DNA of 64,000 nt from Polyangia bacterium. Its GTDB lineage: Bacteria; Myxococcota_A; Polyangia; Fen-1088. The translations under genes were made by a program, and so were the position numbers. Location of the stretch: NCBI GenBank assembly GCA_036268875.1, contig DATATI010000050.1, positions 5,770-69,769 of the forward strand, in the 5' to 3' direction. Shown piece after piece: positions 37,174 to 45,824 of the stretch (its first letter is position 1; each line of letters starts with the position of its first letter). The notes under the pieces are model-generated. The model saw only the letters and a program-made list of their open reading frames with translations. It made no database searches and had not been told where the DNA came from.

Positions 37174-38232
37174 ATGGCGGAGGTGGTGGTGGGAGGCCTG
37201 GGCGCGGCGACGCCCATCGGCCGTACCGCGTGGGCGGCGGCGGCGGCGGTGCGGGCCGGTGTTTCTGCCATGGCCGATCACTCCTTCATGGTCGATTCCG
37301 AGGGCAACCCGATGCGCGTGGCCCAGTGTCCTTGGCTGGTCTCGGAGCCGCGCATCGAAGCGCGGATTGCCGACTGCTTGGTCGTCGCCGTGCGCGGGGC
37401 GCTGCAGCCGCTGGCTGACGCAGGCCAGACGGTGCGCGGCTTGTTGCCGCTGCTGTTCGTGAATCTTCCGCCGGACCGCCCCGCCCTGCCACCGTCGCTG
37501 GTCGCCACCGTGCGGGCGTCGTTGGGCCAGGCGTTGCCGGGGCAGTTCGCGGGCATCGAGATCATGCAAAAGGGGCACGCCGGCGGGCTGGTGGCCTTGG
37601 AAGCCGCCGTGCAATCGTTGCGGCTGAATCGCGCCGACGCCTGCATCGTCGCCGGCGCCGACTCTTACATGGATCCCGACATGCTTGAGTGGCTTGAACA
37701 GACGGAGCAGCTGCACGGCGCCGGTCCGCGCAACAACGCCTGGGGTTTCATTCCGGGCGAAGGCGCGGGCGCTGTGCTGGTGATGCAACCGGGGGCCGTG
37801 CGACGAGCCAAGATGCCGCACCTGGGACGCATCGTGGGCCTCGGTGTCGGGCGCGAGACGAATCTGATCCGCACCGGCACCGTGTGCATCGGCAAGGGCC
37901 TGACCACCGCGTTCGTCGACGCGTTCGCGGGTCTGCCGATGGGGGCGCGGGTGACGGACATGTACTGCGACATGAACGGCGAGCCTTATCGCGCCGACGA
38001 ATTCGGCTTCGCGGTGACCCGCACCCGCGAGCGTTTTATCAGCGCCACGGATTTCGTCGCGCCCGCCGACTGCTGGGGCGACGTCGGTGCCGCGTCGGCG
38101 CCGCTGGGGATCGCGCTGGCCTGCATCGCCTCGTTCAAACGGTATGCGAACGGACCGGCGGCGCTGGTGTGGGCCAGCTCGGACGCCGGCGATCGCGGCG
38201 CCGCCTTGGTGGCGTCGGCGGGGGAGGCCTAG
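37174..38232 (+). CDS. Beta-ketoacyl-synthase-like protein, apparently non-catalytic (T6SS adaptor-associated)
   Basis: Thiolase-fold motifs (GFIPGEGAG, CWGDVGAAS, DMNGEPYRADE); KGHAGG in place of the catalytic Cys motif. Confidence 0.85.
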   Translation: MAEVVVGGLGAATPIGRTAWAAAAAVRAGVSAMADHSFMVDSEGNPMRVAQCPWLVSEPRIEARIADCLVVAVRGALQPLADAGQTVRGLLPLLFVNLPPDRPALPPSLVATVRASLGQALPGQFAGIEIMQKGHAGGLVALEAAVQSLRLNRADACIVAGADSYMDPDMLEWLEQTEQLHGAGPRNNAWGFIPGEGAGAVLVMQPGAVRRAKMPHLGRIVGLGVGRETNLIRTGTVCIGKGLTTAFVDAFAGLPMGARVTDMYCDMNGEPYRADEFGFAVTRTRERFISATDFVAPADCWGDVGAASAPLGIALACIASFKRYANGPAALVWASSDAGDRGAALVASAGEA

Positions 38233-38234
38233 TC

Positions 38235-39089
38235 GTGGCAACCGTCAGAGCCAACGGCACCGTCAACGGCCTGGTTCACAAGGGCGATTCGTGGATGTCG
38301 ACGGCCACCATTCCGGACGTCTGCAAGACGCCGACGCCGGGCGGCCCGGTGCCGATGCCGTATCCGAACATCTCGCAGGCCAGCACGCTGTCGGACGGCA
38401 CCACCACCGTCAAGGTCGACGGCAACATGGCGGCCATCAAGGGCTCGAAGTTCCCGATGAGCTCGGGCGACGAGCCCGGCACCATCGGCGGCGTCAAGTC
38501 GAACACCTTCAAACAGGCCTCGACGTGGATGCTCTACTCGTTCGACATCAAGCTGGACGGCCAGAACGCCTGCCGCTTCAGCGACAAGATGTTTCACAAC
38601 AACGAGAACACCATCAACGCGATGGGTGTCATCCCGATCATTGTCCAGAGCGAACTGGACAACGTGAAGATGAAGTGCGGGGAGCTGAACACCTACGGCA
38701 AGCAGAAGAAGAAGTCGGGGAAAAACAAACGGGACCGCGACCACATCCCGGCGAAGTCCGCGTTGCTGGCCAAGGCGAAGGACATCGCCGGCAAACGCCT
38801 CAAGCCTTGTCAGGCCAAAGCGATCGTCAACGGCGCGCTCACGATCGTCATTCCGAAGGCGGCACACCAGCAAGTGAGCCCCACTTATGGACAGTCGGCC
38901 GCCGACGCTGAGAAGGACTCCAAGGATCTTGCTGGCAGCGCCAATCGTGACACGAAGGCGATGGAGAAAAAACTCAAGGATTACGATCCTGGCTGCGTGG
39001 AAGCGTACAAAGCCGCGGCCAAAAAAATTCGGAAGATAAAGAACCGGCAATACAATGCGTGGCTAAAGAAAATGCTGGCGAGTTGCTAA
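38235..39089 (+). CDS. DUF4150 PAAR-like spike protein with C-terminal basic nuclease-type toxin (pyocin S3-like)
   Basis: GTG 38235 after GGGGAGG; PDVCKTPTPGGPVPMPYPN, SSGDEPG, FDIKLDGQNACRFSD; C-terminal RDHIP...TIVIPKAAHQQVSPTYG...DSKDL. Confidence 0.85.
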   Translation: MATVRANGTVNGLVHKGDSWMSTATIPDVCKTPTPGGPVPMPYPNISQASTLSDGTTTVKVDGNMAAIKGSKFPMSSGDEPGTIGGVKSNTFKQASTWMLYSFDIKLDGQNACRFSDKMFHNNENTINAMGVIPIIVQSELDNVKMKCGELNTYGKQKKKSGKNKRDRDHIPAKSALLAKAKDIAGKRLKPCQAKAIVNGALTIVIPKAAHQQVSPTYGQSAADAEKDSKDLAGSANRDTKAMEKKLKDYDPGCVEAYKAAAKKIRKIKNRQYNAWLKKMLASC

Positions 39090-39109
39090 CCGAAAGAGGA
39101 GACCCGACC

Positions 39110-39547
39110 ATGGATTCATCAGATTTTGAGCCTTGCCTGGGCAAAACGGACGATGCACCCGAGGTCGTTCAACTGCTCTCAACTCTCGGTGTGACGAAAA
39201 AACTCAAACCACCAAAGGGCGGCGAGGATTTGACCGTCGAGCTGAAGAAGGCCGGGGTGGTCCTGGTCTTCGGTCCGCACGACGTGAAGAGCAGCAAGAT
39301 GAAACTGATCGAGGTTCAGTTCTATTCGGACGCCGAGGAAGGCTACAAAACGTTCGCCGGCAAGCTTCCAGGCGGCCTGACCTTCACCGACAAACAGGAC
39401 GACGCGCGACGAAAGCTGGGGAAACCCGCCCGCAGCAAGAAAGAGTTTCGTTACGATGCGTGGAAGGCCGGACCACTTGAATTGATTGCGACGTTTTCAA
39501 AGAAGGATGGCCGCATCGAACAGGTTCAGCTCGGCCTGCCGCTTTGA
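39110..39547 (+). CDS. Putative cognate immunity protein (DUF6392-like)
   Basis: Directly follows the toxin, RBS GAGGA; LGK...GVVLVF...FY...KLPGGLTFTD...RRKLGKP...DAW. Confidence 0.72.
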   Translation: MDSSDFEPCLGKTDDAPEVVQLLSTLGVTKKLKPPKGGEDLTVELKKAGVVLVFGPHDVKSSKMKLIEVQFYSDAEEGYKTFAGKLPGGLTFTDKQDDARRKLGKPARSKKEFRYDAWKAGPLELIATFSKKDGRIEQVQLGLPL

Positions 39548-39576
39548 CCAAGCTCACCCTCTCGGGTCGTTAGAAG

Positions 39577-40611
39577 ATGATGGTGGCGCAGACAAACGGC
39601 GACAGTCTCCTCGAATTGCTCGGCTTACGTCCCGAGGATCCGCCGTTGCGGGCGGCCTTGGATGGCCTGGCGCGAGGGATGGAGCCCGAGCTCGATCCCG
39701 ACGACGAAGAGGTCTTGGTCGACTGGGTGACGGTCAACGAGATCGGGCTCGAGTTTGGTTTCGAGGACGAGGCCTATGTGAGGGCGCTGGACCCGGCGTT
39801 GCGGCGCCAGGCGCCGCCGATCTTGTCGCAACTTTACTTCTACGGCGACACGCCGAAGACCCATCCCTTTCCGTATCCGCTGCCGTTCGGCCTGACGTTC
39901 GCCGATGACCGCGCGACGGTCCGGCATAAGATGATCGCCTACGAAGACACGCGCCGTTCTTACGTCCGCGACGCCTGGCGATTGCCAAAGTTCGACGTCA
40001 CTATCGCCTACGTTCAAGCCACCGATCGTTTGGAATCGATCTATTGCCATATTCCGTACACGCCCTGGCCTGACCTGCCGGGAGAGCCCGAACTGGTGGC
40101 TCCGTTTACGCCGGAGGCCTTCGCCGATCTGTTCGGGCGGCGCTGGTCAGACACCGAACTTCGCGTGCGCCTGGCGCCGCTTGGCTATGACAAGGCCCTG
40201 CCGGAGATTCGCAGTGAGCACGTGGCGGATCTCGGGACCGCGCACGGACTGGAGTTGACCTTCGCGCCAGGGGTGCAGGTCACCGCGTCCGACAAGCGGT
40301 ACCCGAAGACGCTGGTGTTCGCCGGCGCCACTTTCTACGCCAGCCGCGAGCTGGACGCCCGGCAGTGGGGAGGCGTCCTGCCAGAGGGCCTTTCGTTCTC
40401 GGACACCCAGACCGAGCTGCGCGCCAAAATGGGGAAAACCAAGCCGCTGGAAAAAGAAGACGAGGTGCTGAGCGGCCACGCCGCCTGGCGGTTCGAGCGC
40501 TACACGGTGAGCGTCCTTTACAGCAATCTCGAGAACCGGATTCTGCGCCTGACGCTGCTGGCGCCGGGATTCTACGAGGCCTTGAGCGCGCCCGACGACG
40601 ACGACGAATAG
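39577..40611 (+). CDS. Second immunity-like protein with two tandem copies of the same domain
   Basis: Both halves carry G[L]E[FL].F, FY, LP.GL[TS]F.D, R.KM and AW; acidic overall. Confidence 0.72.
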   Translation: MMVAQTNGDSLLELLGLRPEDPPLRAALDGLARGMEPELDPDDEEVLVDWVTVNEIGLEFGFEDEAYVRALDPALRRQAPPILSQLYFYGDTPKTHPFPYPLPFGLTFADDRATVRHKMIAYEDTRRSYVRDAWRLPKFDVTIAYVQATDRLESIYCHIPYTPWPDLPGEPELVAPFTPEAFADLFGRRWSDTELRVRLAPLGYDKALPEIRSEHVADLGTAHGLELTFAPGVQVTASDKRYPKTLVFAGATFYASRELDARQWGGVLPEGLSFSDTQTELRAKMGKTKPLEKEDEVLSGHAAWRFERYTVSVLYSNLENRILRLTLLAPGFYEALSAPDDDDE

Positions 40612-40623
40612 TTCGCGGCGGCC

Positions 40624-42855
40624 TCAGTTCACGCCGATCTTCGAACCCTTGATCACCACGTCGCCGCTGGCGTCGACCTTGACCTTGTTGCCCTTGATGG
40701 TGATGTCTCCATTCTTCTTCATGACGATCGAGGCGTCACCGCACTTCAGCGTCAGCTCGTCGCCGGCGTTGATGGTTCCGGTCTTGGCGATCTTGATGAC
40801 CATGTCGGCGCCGGCCGAGATGGTGATGTTGTTTCCAGCGACCACGCCCATGTCGCCGCCAGCCTTTTCGTTGATGTTGCCGCCGGCGGTGACCGATTTG
40901 TTCGCCCCGACGTTCTCGGAGCTGAGGCCGCCGACGTTGACCGTCTTGACCCCGCCGATCTCCTCGGCTTTGAGGCCGCCGATGGTCTCGTTCATCGCCC
41001 CACCGACGCTGACCTGATACCCGGCCCCGATCGACAGCGCCTTGGCCGCGCCGACCGATTCGGCCGAGGCGATGGCGATGGTCTCCGTCTGATTGGCGCT
41101 GACCGTCAGCGAACGATTCGCGCCCACCGTGATGGTCTGGTTGGCGCCCACCTTCAGGGTCTGGTTGACGCCGATGTCGATGGACTGGTTCAGGCTGACC
41201 GTCTCTGACTCGTTCTTCGAGACCGTCTCGGTGCGGTTGCCGCTGACGGTGACGGTCTCATCGATGCCGATGCTCTTGGTCCGGTTGCCGCCGACGCTCA
41301 GTGAATCGTCCGCCTTGACCAGGTTGTCCTGGTTCTTCTCGGCCTGGATGTAAAGCTGCTCGTTGCCCTTCTTGTCCTCGAACCTGATCTCGTTGAAGTT
41401 GCTGGGCGACCCGCCCAGGCTGCTGCGGCTTTTGATCCCGCTTTGCGTCTTGTTGGCCGGCAGCGCGTAAGGCGGCATGTTGTCGGCGTTGTAGACCCGG
41501 CCGGTGATGATCGGTCGGTCGGGATCGCCTTCCAGAAAATCGACGATCACCTCCTGGCCGATGCGCGGGATGTGCACGGCGCCCCAGCTCGGGCCCGCCC
41601 AGGCCTGCGACACCCGGACCCAGCACGAACTTTTCTCGTCGCTCTTGCCTTCGCGGTCCCAGTGGAACTGAACCTTCACGCGGCCGTATTTATCGGTCCA
41701 GATCTCCTCGCCGCCGGGGCCGACCACCTTCGCCGTCTGGGGTCCGGAGACCGTCGGCTTCGGCGTGATGAGCGGGCTGCGAAAGGGACTCTGCGATTCG
41801 ATGGCGAAGAAGGTGCACAGAAAATCCTCGCCGGCGTCCTCGCCGCCCGAGGCGTAAGCGTTGGTCGACAGCACATAGGACGCGGCGGTCACCAGGTACT
41901 CGCGGTTCTGCTCCTGCGATGGATAGTCGGTCAGCTTGAAGCACGCGCCCGGACGAATGCCGCGCGCGTTGCCACCCGCCGTCACCAGCTCGCTGGACAG
42001 TTGTTGTTCAACCAGCCGGCGCGCGACGTAGGCGTCTCGCTGATCGGTTTCGATATAAAGGCCGGGATATTCGTACACCTCGAGCTTGGCGGTCGAACCT
42101 GGCTTGGGGCCGCCCAGGGTCGACAGCAGCGGCGCGCGCGGTTTCTCGAAGTCATATTCCTTGGCCGCGAACGTCCCGGGTTCGACCTGCATCCCGATGC
42201 TCCACGACGAGATGTGTTCGTGGCTGATGCGATCCGCGCCCGACGAATCACCGCTGAAAAACGGGATCTCCTCGTAACCGGGGACCTTCTCGTGGCTGGG
42301 GCCGTCGGCCAGCACCAGGGCGTGTTTCTCCTGTTCGTGCTTGAACCAGTAGAAAATCCCCGCTTGTTCCATCAACCGGCTGACGAAGTTGAAGTCGGTC
42401 TCGCGGTACTGCACCAGATACTCAATCGGCTTGTAACTGCCCTGATCCAGGCCGCCGGCGTCGACGTCGCCGGAGAATCCGTGCTCGTCGAAGATCTGCC
42501 GGAGAACGTCGACCACGCTCTTGCTTTGAAAGATGCGGTTGTTGGACGAGCGCGACAGCAGCCACAGCCACGGCCGCATCTTGGCGCGATAGCGATAGCT
42601 GTCGCCGGTCCACCCCACCAGAGAGAAACGCGCCACCACGCCGTTGAAGAAGCGCGGTGCCTCGTCGCCCATGTCCAGGCTGACGGTCATGCGCTTGCCC
42701 ACCGCCTGGCTGATGGGCAGGTCGGCCTTCGGGCTCAGGATGTCCACGTCGAATTCGAAGGGCCGGCCAAGAGACTCGCCTCCGGTCAGGCGCTCGAAGA
42801 CCACCTTCCCTTCACCAACAGGCGCCACCACCTCGACCGACCGAACTTTAGCCAT
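40624..42855 (-). CDS. vgrG: Type VI secretion spike protein VgrG (TssI)
   Basis: LGRPFEFDV, QYRETDFNFVSRLMEQAGIFYWF, EIWTDKYGRVKVQFHWDR, PRIGQEVIVDFLEGDPDRP, NEIRFEDKKG, gp5-like repeats. Confidence 0.97.
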   Translation of the reverse strand: MAKVRSVEVVAPVGEGKVVFERLTGGESLGRPFEFDVDILSPKADLPISQAVGKRMTVSLDMGDEAPRFFNGVVARFSLVGWTGDSYRYRAKMRPWLWLLSRSSNNRIFQSKSVVDVLRQIFDEHGFSGDVDAGGLDQGSYKPIEYLVQYRETDFNFVSRLMEQAGIFYWFKHEQEKHALVLADGPSHEKVPGYEEIPFFSGDSSGADRISHEHISSWSIGMQVEPGTFAAKEYDFEKPRAPLLSTLGGPKPGSTAKLEVYEYPGLYIETDQRDAYVARRLVEQQLSSELVTAGGNARGIRPGACFKLTDYPSQEQNREYLVTAASYVLSTNAYASGGEDAGEDFLCTFFAIESQSPFRSPLITPKPTVSGPQTAKVVGPGGEEIWTDKYGRVKVQFHWDREGKSDEKSSCWVRVSQAWAGPSWGAVHIPRIGQEVIVDFLEGDPDRPIITGRVYNADNMPPYALPANKTQSGIKSRSSLGGSPSNFNEIRFEDKKGNEQLYIQAEKNQDNLVKADDSLSVGGNRTKSIGIDETVTVSGNRTETVSKNESETVSLNQSIDIGVNQTLKVGANQTITVGANRSLTVSANQTETIAIASAESVGAAKALSIGAGYQVSVGGAMNETIGGLKAEEIGGVKTVNVGGLSSENVGANKSVTAGGNINEKAGGDMGVVAGNNITISAGADMVIKIAKTGTINAGDELTLKCGDASIVMKKNGDITIKGNKVKVDASGDVVIKGSKIGVN

Positions 42856-42953
42856 GAACGTTCCTCATGAAGGGCGTTTACCGACCGCCAAACTATCATC
42901 AAAATCGATCGGCGTCGTGCCGCCGGCCCGACTGGGAACGGTCGCTTCGTGTG

Positions 42954-42959
42954 TATAAT
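42954..42959 (+). promoter_or_regulatory. Perfect -10 box TATAAT 8 nt upstream of the ATG (near-leaderless)
   Basis: GTGTATAATCCTTCGCCATG with no SD and no clear -35. Confidence 0.35.
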
Positions 42960-42967
42960 CCTTCGCC

Positions 42968-43927
42968 ATGGCGGAGTCGTCGAAGCCTGGACCGCTGGGT
43001 CGGCACCTGGAGCTTTTTCCCCGCACGCCGGGCACCGTCGGCCGCGCTGATGCTGCCGCGCCCGAAGCCGAACACTGGCTGATCGGCAACACGCCCGGCG
43101 CTCTCGGCCGCACGGACTGGGCGGCGCCTGACCACACCGCCGCGCGGTTTCGTTTCCCGCCGCTGGCCTCGCTGAACGTGGGCCACGCCGCCACGTTCAA
43201 CCTGGCCGTCTTCAAGTTGCACCCGCCGTTTTCGGCGAGGGCCGCGCGCCGGCCGCCCGTGCCCACCGGCCAGCCCGACGCCTTCGAAGGACTCCCCGAC
43301 AGTGGCCTTGCCCCGTGCGCGACCAGCGAAGAGACGGCGTTCAAACACGCGGTCTATCGGGCGGCCTGCCGATCGGCGGCGCACAAACGAAAGTTTTTTG
43401 CCGGGGTCCCCGCCGGAAAGCTGGCCACCGTCGAAGGGAAGTATCAGATGCGGGCCGACGCGGCCGCCGCGGCCAAGAAGCTGCTGGCCGAATTGCACGA
43501 GACGCTGAAGAAAGAAAAAGCGAGCAAAGACGCCCACGCCGTCAAAGTCACCAGCATCACCATCACCTCCGGTTACCGCGATCCAAAGAAGGACTTTGGT
43601 CTGTGGGACAGTTACTACGCGAACTACTACAACCAGACCAAAGCCATGCGCCAGGCCGCCGAGGGCGGCGAGCACAGCCCGGCGGCGGCGCAGATGCTGG
43701 CAAAGTACATTGGCAAGTACAAGGCGGCGCCCGGATACAGCAATCACACGCAGGGGATCGCCTTTGACATCACCACCACCGAGGGCGGCGTCCACTACAC
43801 CGCCGACAAGAACCAGAACAGCGCTTGGGAGAAAACGTGGCTGCGCAAATGGATGCTGAAGAACGCGATCCGGTTTGGCTTCAAGAAGCTGGAGACCGAA
43901 GCCTGGCACTGGGACTACAAACCGTGA
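42968..43927 (+). CDS. M15 (VanY-like) Zn peptidase, putative peptidoglycan-targeting T6SS effector
   Basis: ITSGYR, AAPGYSNHTQGIAFDI (SxHxxGxAxD), EAWHWDY; no signal peptide; N-terminal PGxxGR repeats; divergent from vgrG. Confidence 0.85.
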   Translation: MAESSKPGPLGRHLELFPRTPGTVGRADAAAPEAEHWLIGNTPGALGRTDWAAPDHTAARFRFPPLASLNVGHAATFNLAVFKLHPPFSARAARRPPVPTGQPDAFEGLPDSGLAPCATSEETAFKHAVYRAACRSAAHKRKFFAGVPAGKLATVEGKYQMRADAAAAAKKLLAELHETLKKEKASKDAHAVKVTSITITSGYRDPKKDFGLWDSYYANYYNQTKAMRQAAEGGEHSPAAAQMLAKYIGKYKAAPGYSNHTQGIAFDITTTEGGVHYTADKNQNSAWEKTWLRKWMLKNAIRFGFKKLETEAWHWDYKP

Positions 43928-44949
43928 AACCCGCGGGGACGATCGCGGCGTTGCTGCTGCTTTGCTTCGGCGGCCTTTCAACCGGCTGTCAGGACGCGCG
44001 CGCGCAGATGCCTTCCGCGCGGGGAGACAAGCCGGCGGACTCCGCGCCGCCACCGGCGACCGCGAAGAACGCTGCCGGTTCGCTGACCGATGCCGTGCGC
44101 GACGCGGCGGCCGGATCGCCGGTGCTGCTGGTGCTGAGCGACAACGCCGTCGAGGCGCGTTCCGCCGACGGCAAGTTCAAGCGTGTGATCGTGCCGGGGC
44201 CCGTGCAGCAAGCGATCTATGATCCGGCGCTGGATTTGCTGTGGGTCCGCCGGCTCAACTCGATCGAAGTTTGGGATCTGCGCCAGCCCAAGCCCAAGGC
44301 CGTGCCGGTGATCGCCGCCGTCAGCGAAGAAGGTGAGTTCACCGTCGAGATGAAAGGCAACCGCAGCCTGCGCCTGCCAAGCGCGTGCGTGGTCTCGGGA
44401 ACGACGCAACTTAAATGGGTCAAGCCACCGTCGGTCGGGCTGCTCGGTTTTGACGAGGGTGAGCCGCCGAAGCCGCGCCTGGTCGGCGGTCCCTGGTTGA
44501 ACGCGCAATTCGAACGGACCGCCCGCCCGTTGACGATCACGCGGGCCGATCTGCCGGCTTTCGGGACCAAGCCGGTGGTGGATCTGCCCGCCAGTGTCGG
44601 CAAATGCGACGAGCCTGGCCAATGTGGAACCGCCGTTCCCTTTGGCGCCACCGGCTGGAACCTGGTCTACGCCGGCGAAAGTCCGGGCGAGGATTGCCGC
44701 CACTTTCGTTGTCTGTTGCACGATCCGGCGACCGGAAAATTCGGCAAGCCGCCATTGCCGGCACGCTGGCTGCCCGCCGCCAAGGGCGCCGCGATTGGCG
44801 AGTGCGGGCTTTACCGCTTTGATTCGTCGGGAAAATGGTTCGCCATCGGTGGCAAGCTGTGCACGGCCGGCGGCACCTGCGCCGATCTCGGCGACGCCAC
44901 GCCGCTCGGCTGGATTGACGGCGAGCGCGACATCGGCACCACGGGCTGA
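43924..44949 (+). CDS. Cys-rich lipoprotein, putative periplasmic immunity protein
   Basis: GTGA overlap with the peptidase stop; lipobox LSTGC. Confidence 0.72.
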   Translation: MKPAGTIAALLLLCFGGLSTGCQDARAQMPSARGDKPADSAPPPATAKNAAGSLTDAVRDAAAGSPVLLVLSDNAVEARSADGKFKRVIVPGPVQQAIYDPALDLLWVRRLNSIEVWDLRQPKPKAVPVIAAVSEEGEFTVEMKGNRSLRLPSACVVSGTTQLKWVKPPSVGLLGFDEGEPPKPRLVGGPWLNAQFERTARPLTITRADLPAFGTKPVVDLPASVGKCDEPGQCGTAVPFGATGWNLVYAGESPGEDCRHFRCLLHDPATGKFGKPPLPARWLPAAKGAAIGECGLYRFDSSGKWFAIGGKLCTAGGTCADLGDATPLGWIDGERDIGTTG

Positions 44950-44957
44950 TCGGTCCC

Positions 44958-45171
44958 CAAGATTGATCACTTCTTCGAGCACGTTTCGAAAAGTGAACCC
45001 GTTACGCGCGGGGACGGGTGCAATTCGATTGAACCGTTGCGGTCGCGCGTTTGCGCTCCTCGGACGCTCTTTGACGGATCCAAAATAGGGCGCTCCCAGG
45101 AGCGCAAACGCGCGAAAGCCGCCCTCCAATCTGATTGCTGACCTTCGCCCGCGCGTAAGTGAACAATCTTG
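44958..45171. other. About 214-bp branched imperfect palindrome between convergent genes
   Basis: Nested arms: 44958-44972 with 45157-45171 (1 mismatch), 45002-45012 with 45148-45158 (11/11), 45043-45060 with 45098-45115 (18/18); side hairpin 44968-44995. Confidence 0.8.
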
Positions 45172-45183
45172 AGAGCGGTATCG

Positions 45184-45684
45184 TTAGCCGCCGTCGTGGG
45201 CTTTCTGTAGCTGGACGATGTTCAGCTTCTTCATCTTCATGAGGGCCGCCAAGGTGCGATCGGTCTTGACCGGATCCGAGTCGCCGAGCAGCTCGGGAAG
45301 TTGAATCGGCACCACCTGCCAGGACACACCGAACTTGTCTTTCAGCCAGCCGCACTGGTGGGCTTTTTCGTCCCCACCCTCGGAAAGCTTTTCCCAGTAG
45401 TGGTCGATCTCCGCCTGCGTCTCGCACATCACCTGAAGCGAGATCGCTTCCGAGAACTTGAATTGCGGCCCCCCGTTCAACGCGGTGATGGGACTGCCGC
45501 CCAGATCAAAAGTGATGGTCAGGACTTCACCCGGTTTGTGGCCGTGAATCTCCTGTCCGCTCTTGCTGTAATAAGAGGTGCTCAGGATCCGCGAATTCGG
45601 AAAGATCCCGGTATAGAACTTTGCCGCTTCCTCGACTCGACCATCGAACCACAGACATGGAACGATTCTTTTCAGTGTGGCCAT
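45184..45684 (-). CDS. VOC/PhnB-like (3-demethylubiquinone-9 3-methyltransferase-like) protein
   Basis: IVPCLWFD, ALNGGPQFKFSEAIS, CGWLKDKFGVSWQVVP. Confidence 0.93.
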   Translation of the reverse strand: MATLKRIVPCLWFDGRVEEAAKFYTGIFPNSRILSTSYYSKSGQEIHGHKPGEVLTITFDLGGSPITALNGGPQFKFSEAISLQVMCETQAEIDHYWEKLSEGGDEKAHQCGWLKDKFGVSWQVVPIQLPELLGDSDPVKTDRTLAALMKMKKLNIVQLQKAHDGG

Positions 45685-45824
45685 GACTTTCTCCTCCTCC
45701 CGCTGGATCGTTTCGCCGCGCGCGGCGGCGCGCAACCGTGTCGGGAAAGCTAGGGCGGCGGACGAGCTTTGCCAAGGGCCGGAACGGCACTGGTGCCGCT
45801 TCCGGATCGCTTACATTGTTGTCC

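Noticed and set aside
35919-37271. 450-aa minus-strand ORF; also 58339-60129
   Set aside because: Shadows of DUF2169 and of the TBDR.
44958-45171. 6S RNA identity for the palindrome
   Set aside because: No zapA/ygfA context and no recognisable conserved central bubble; kept only as an unidentified structure.
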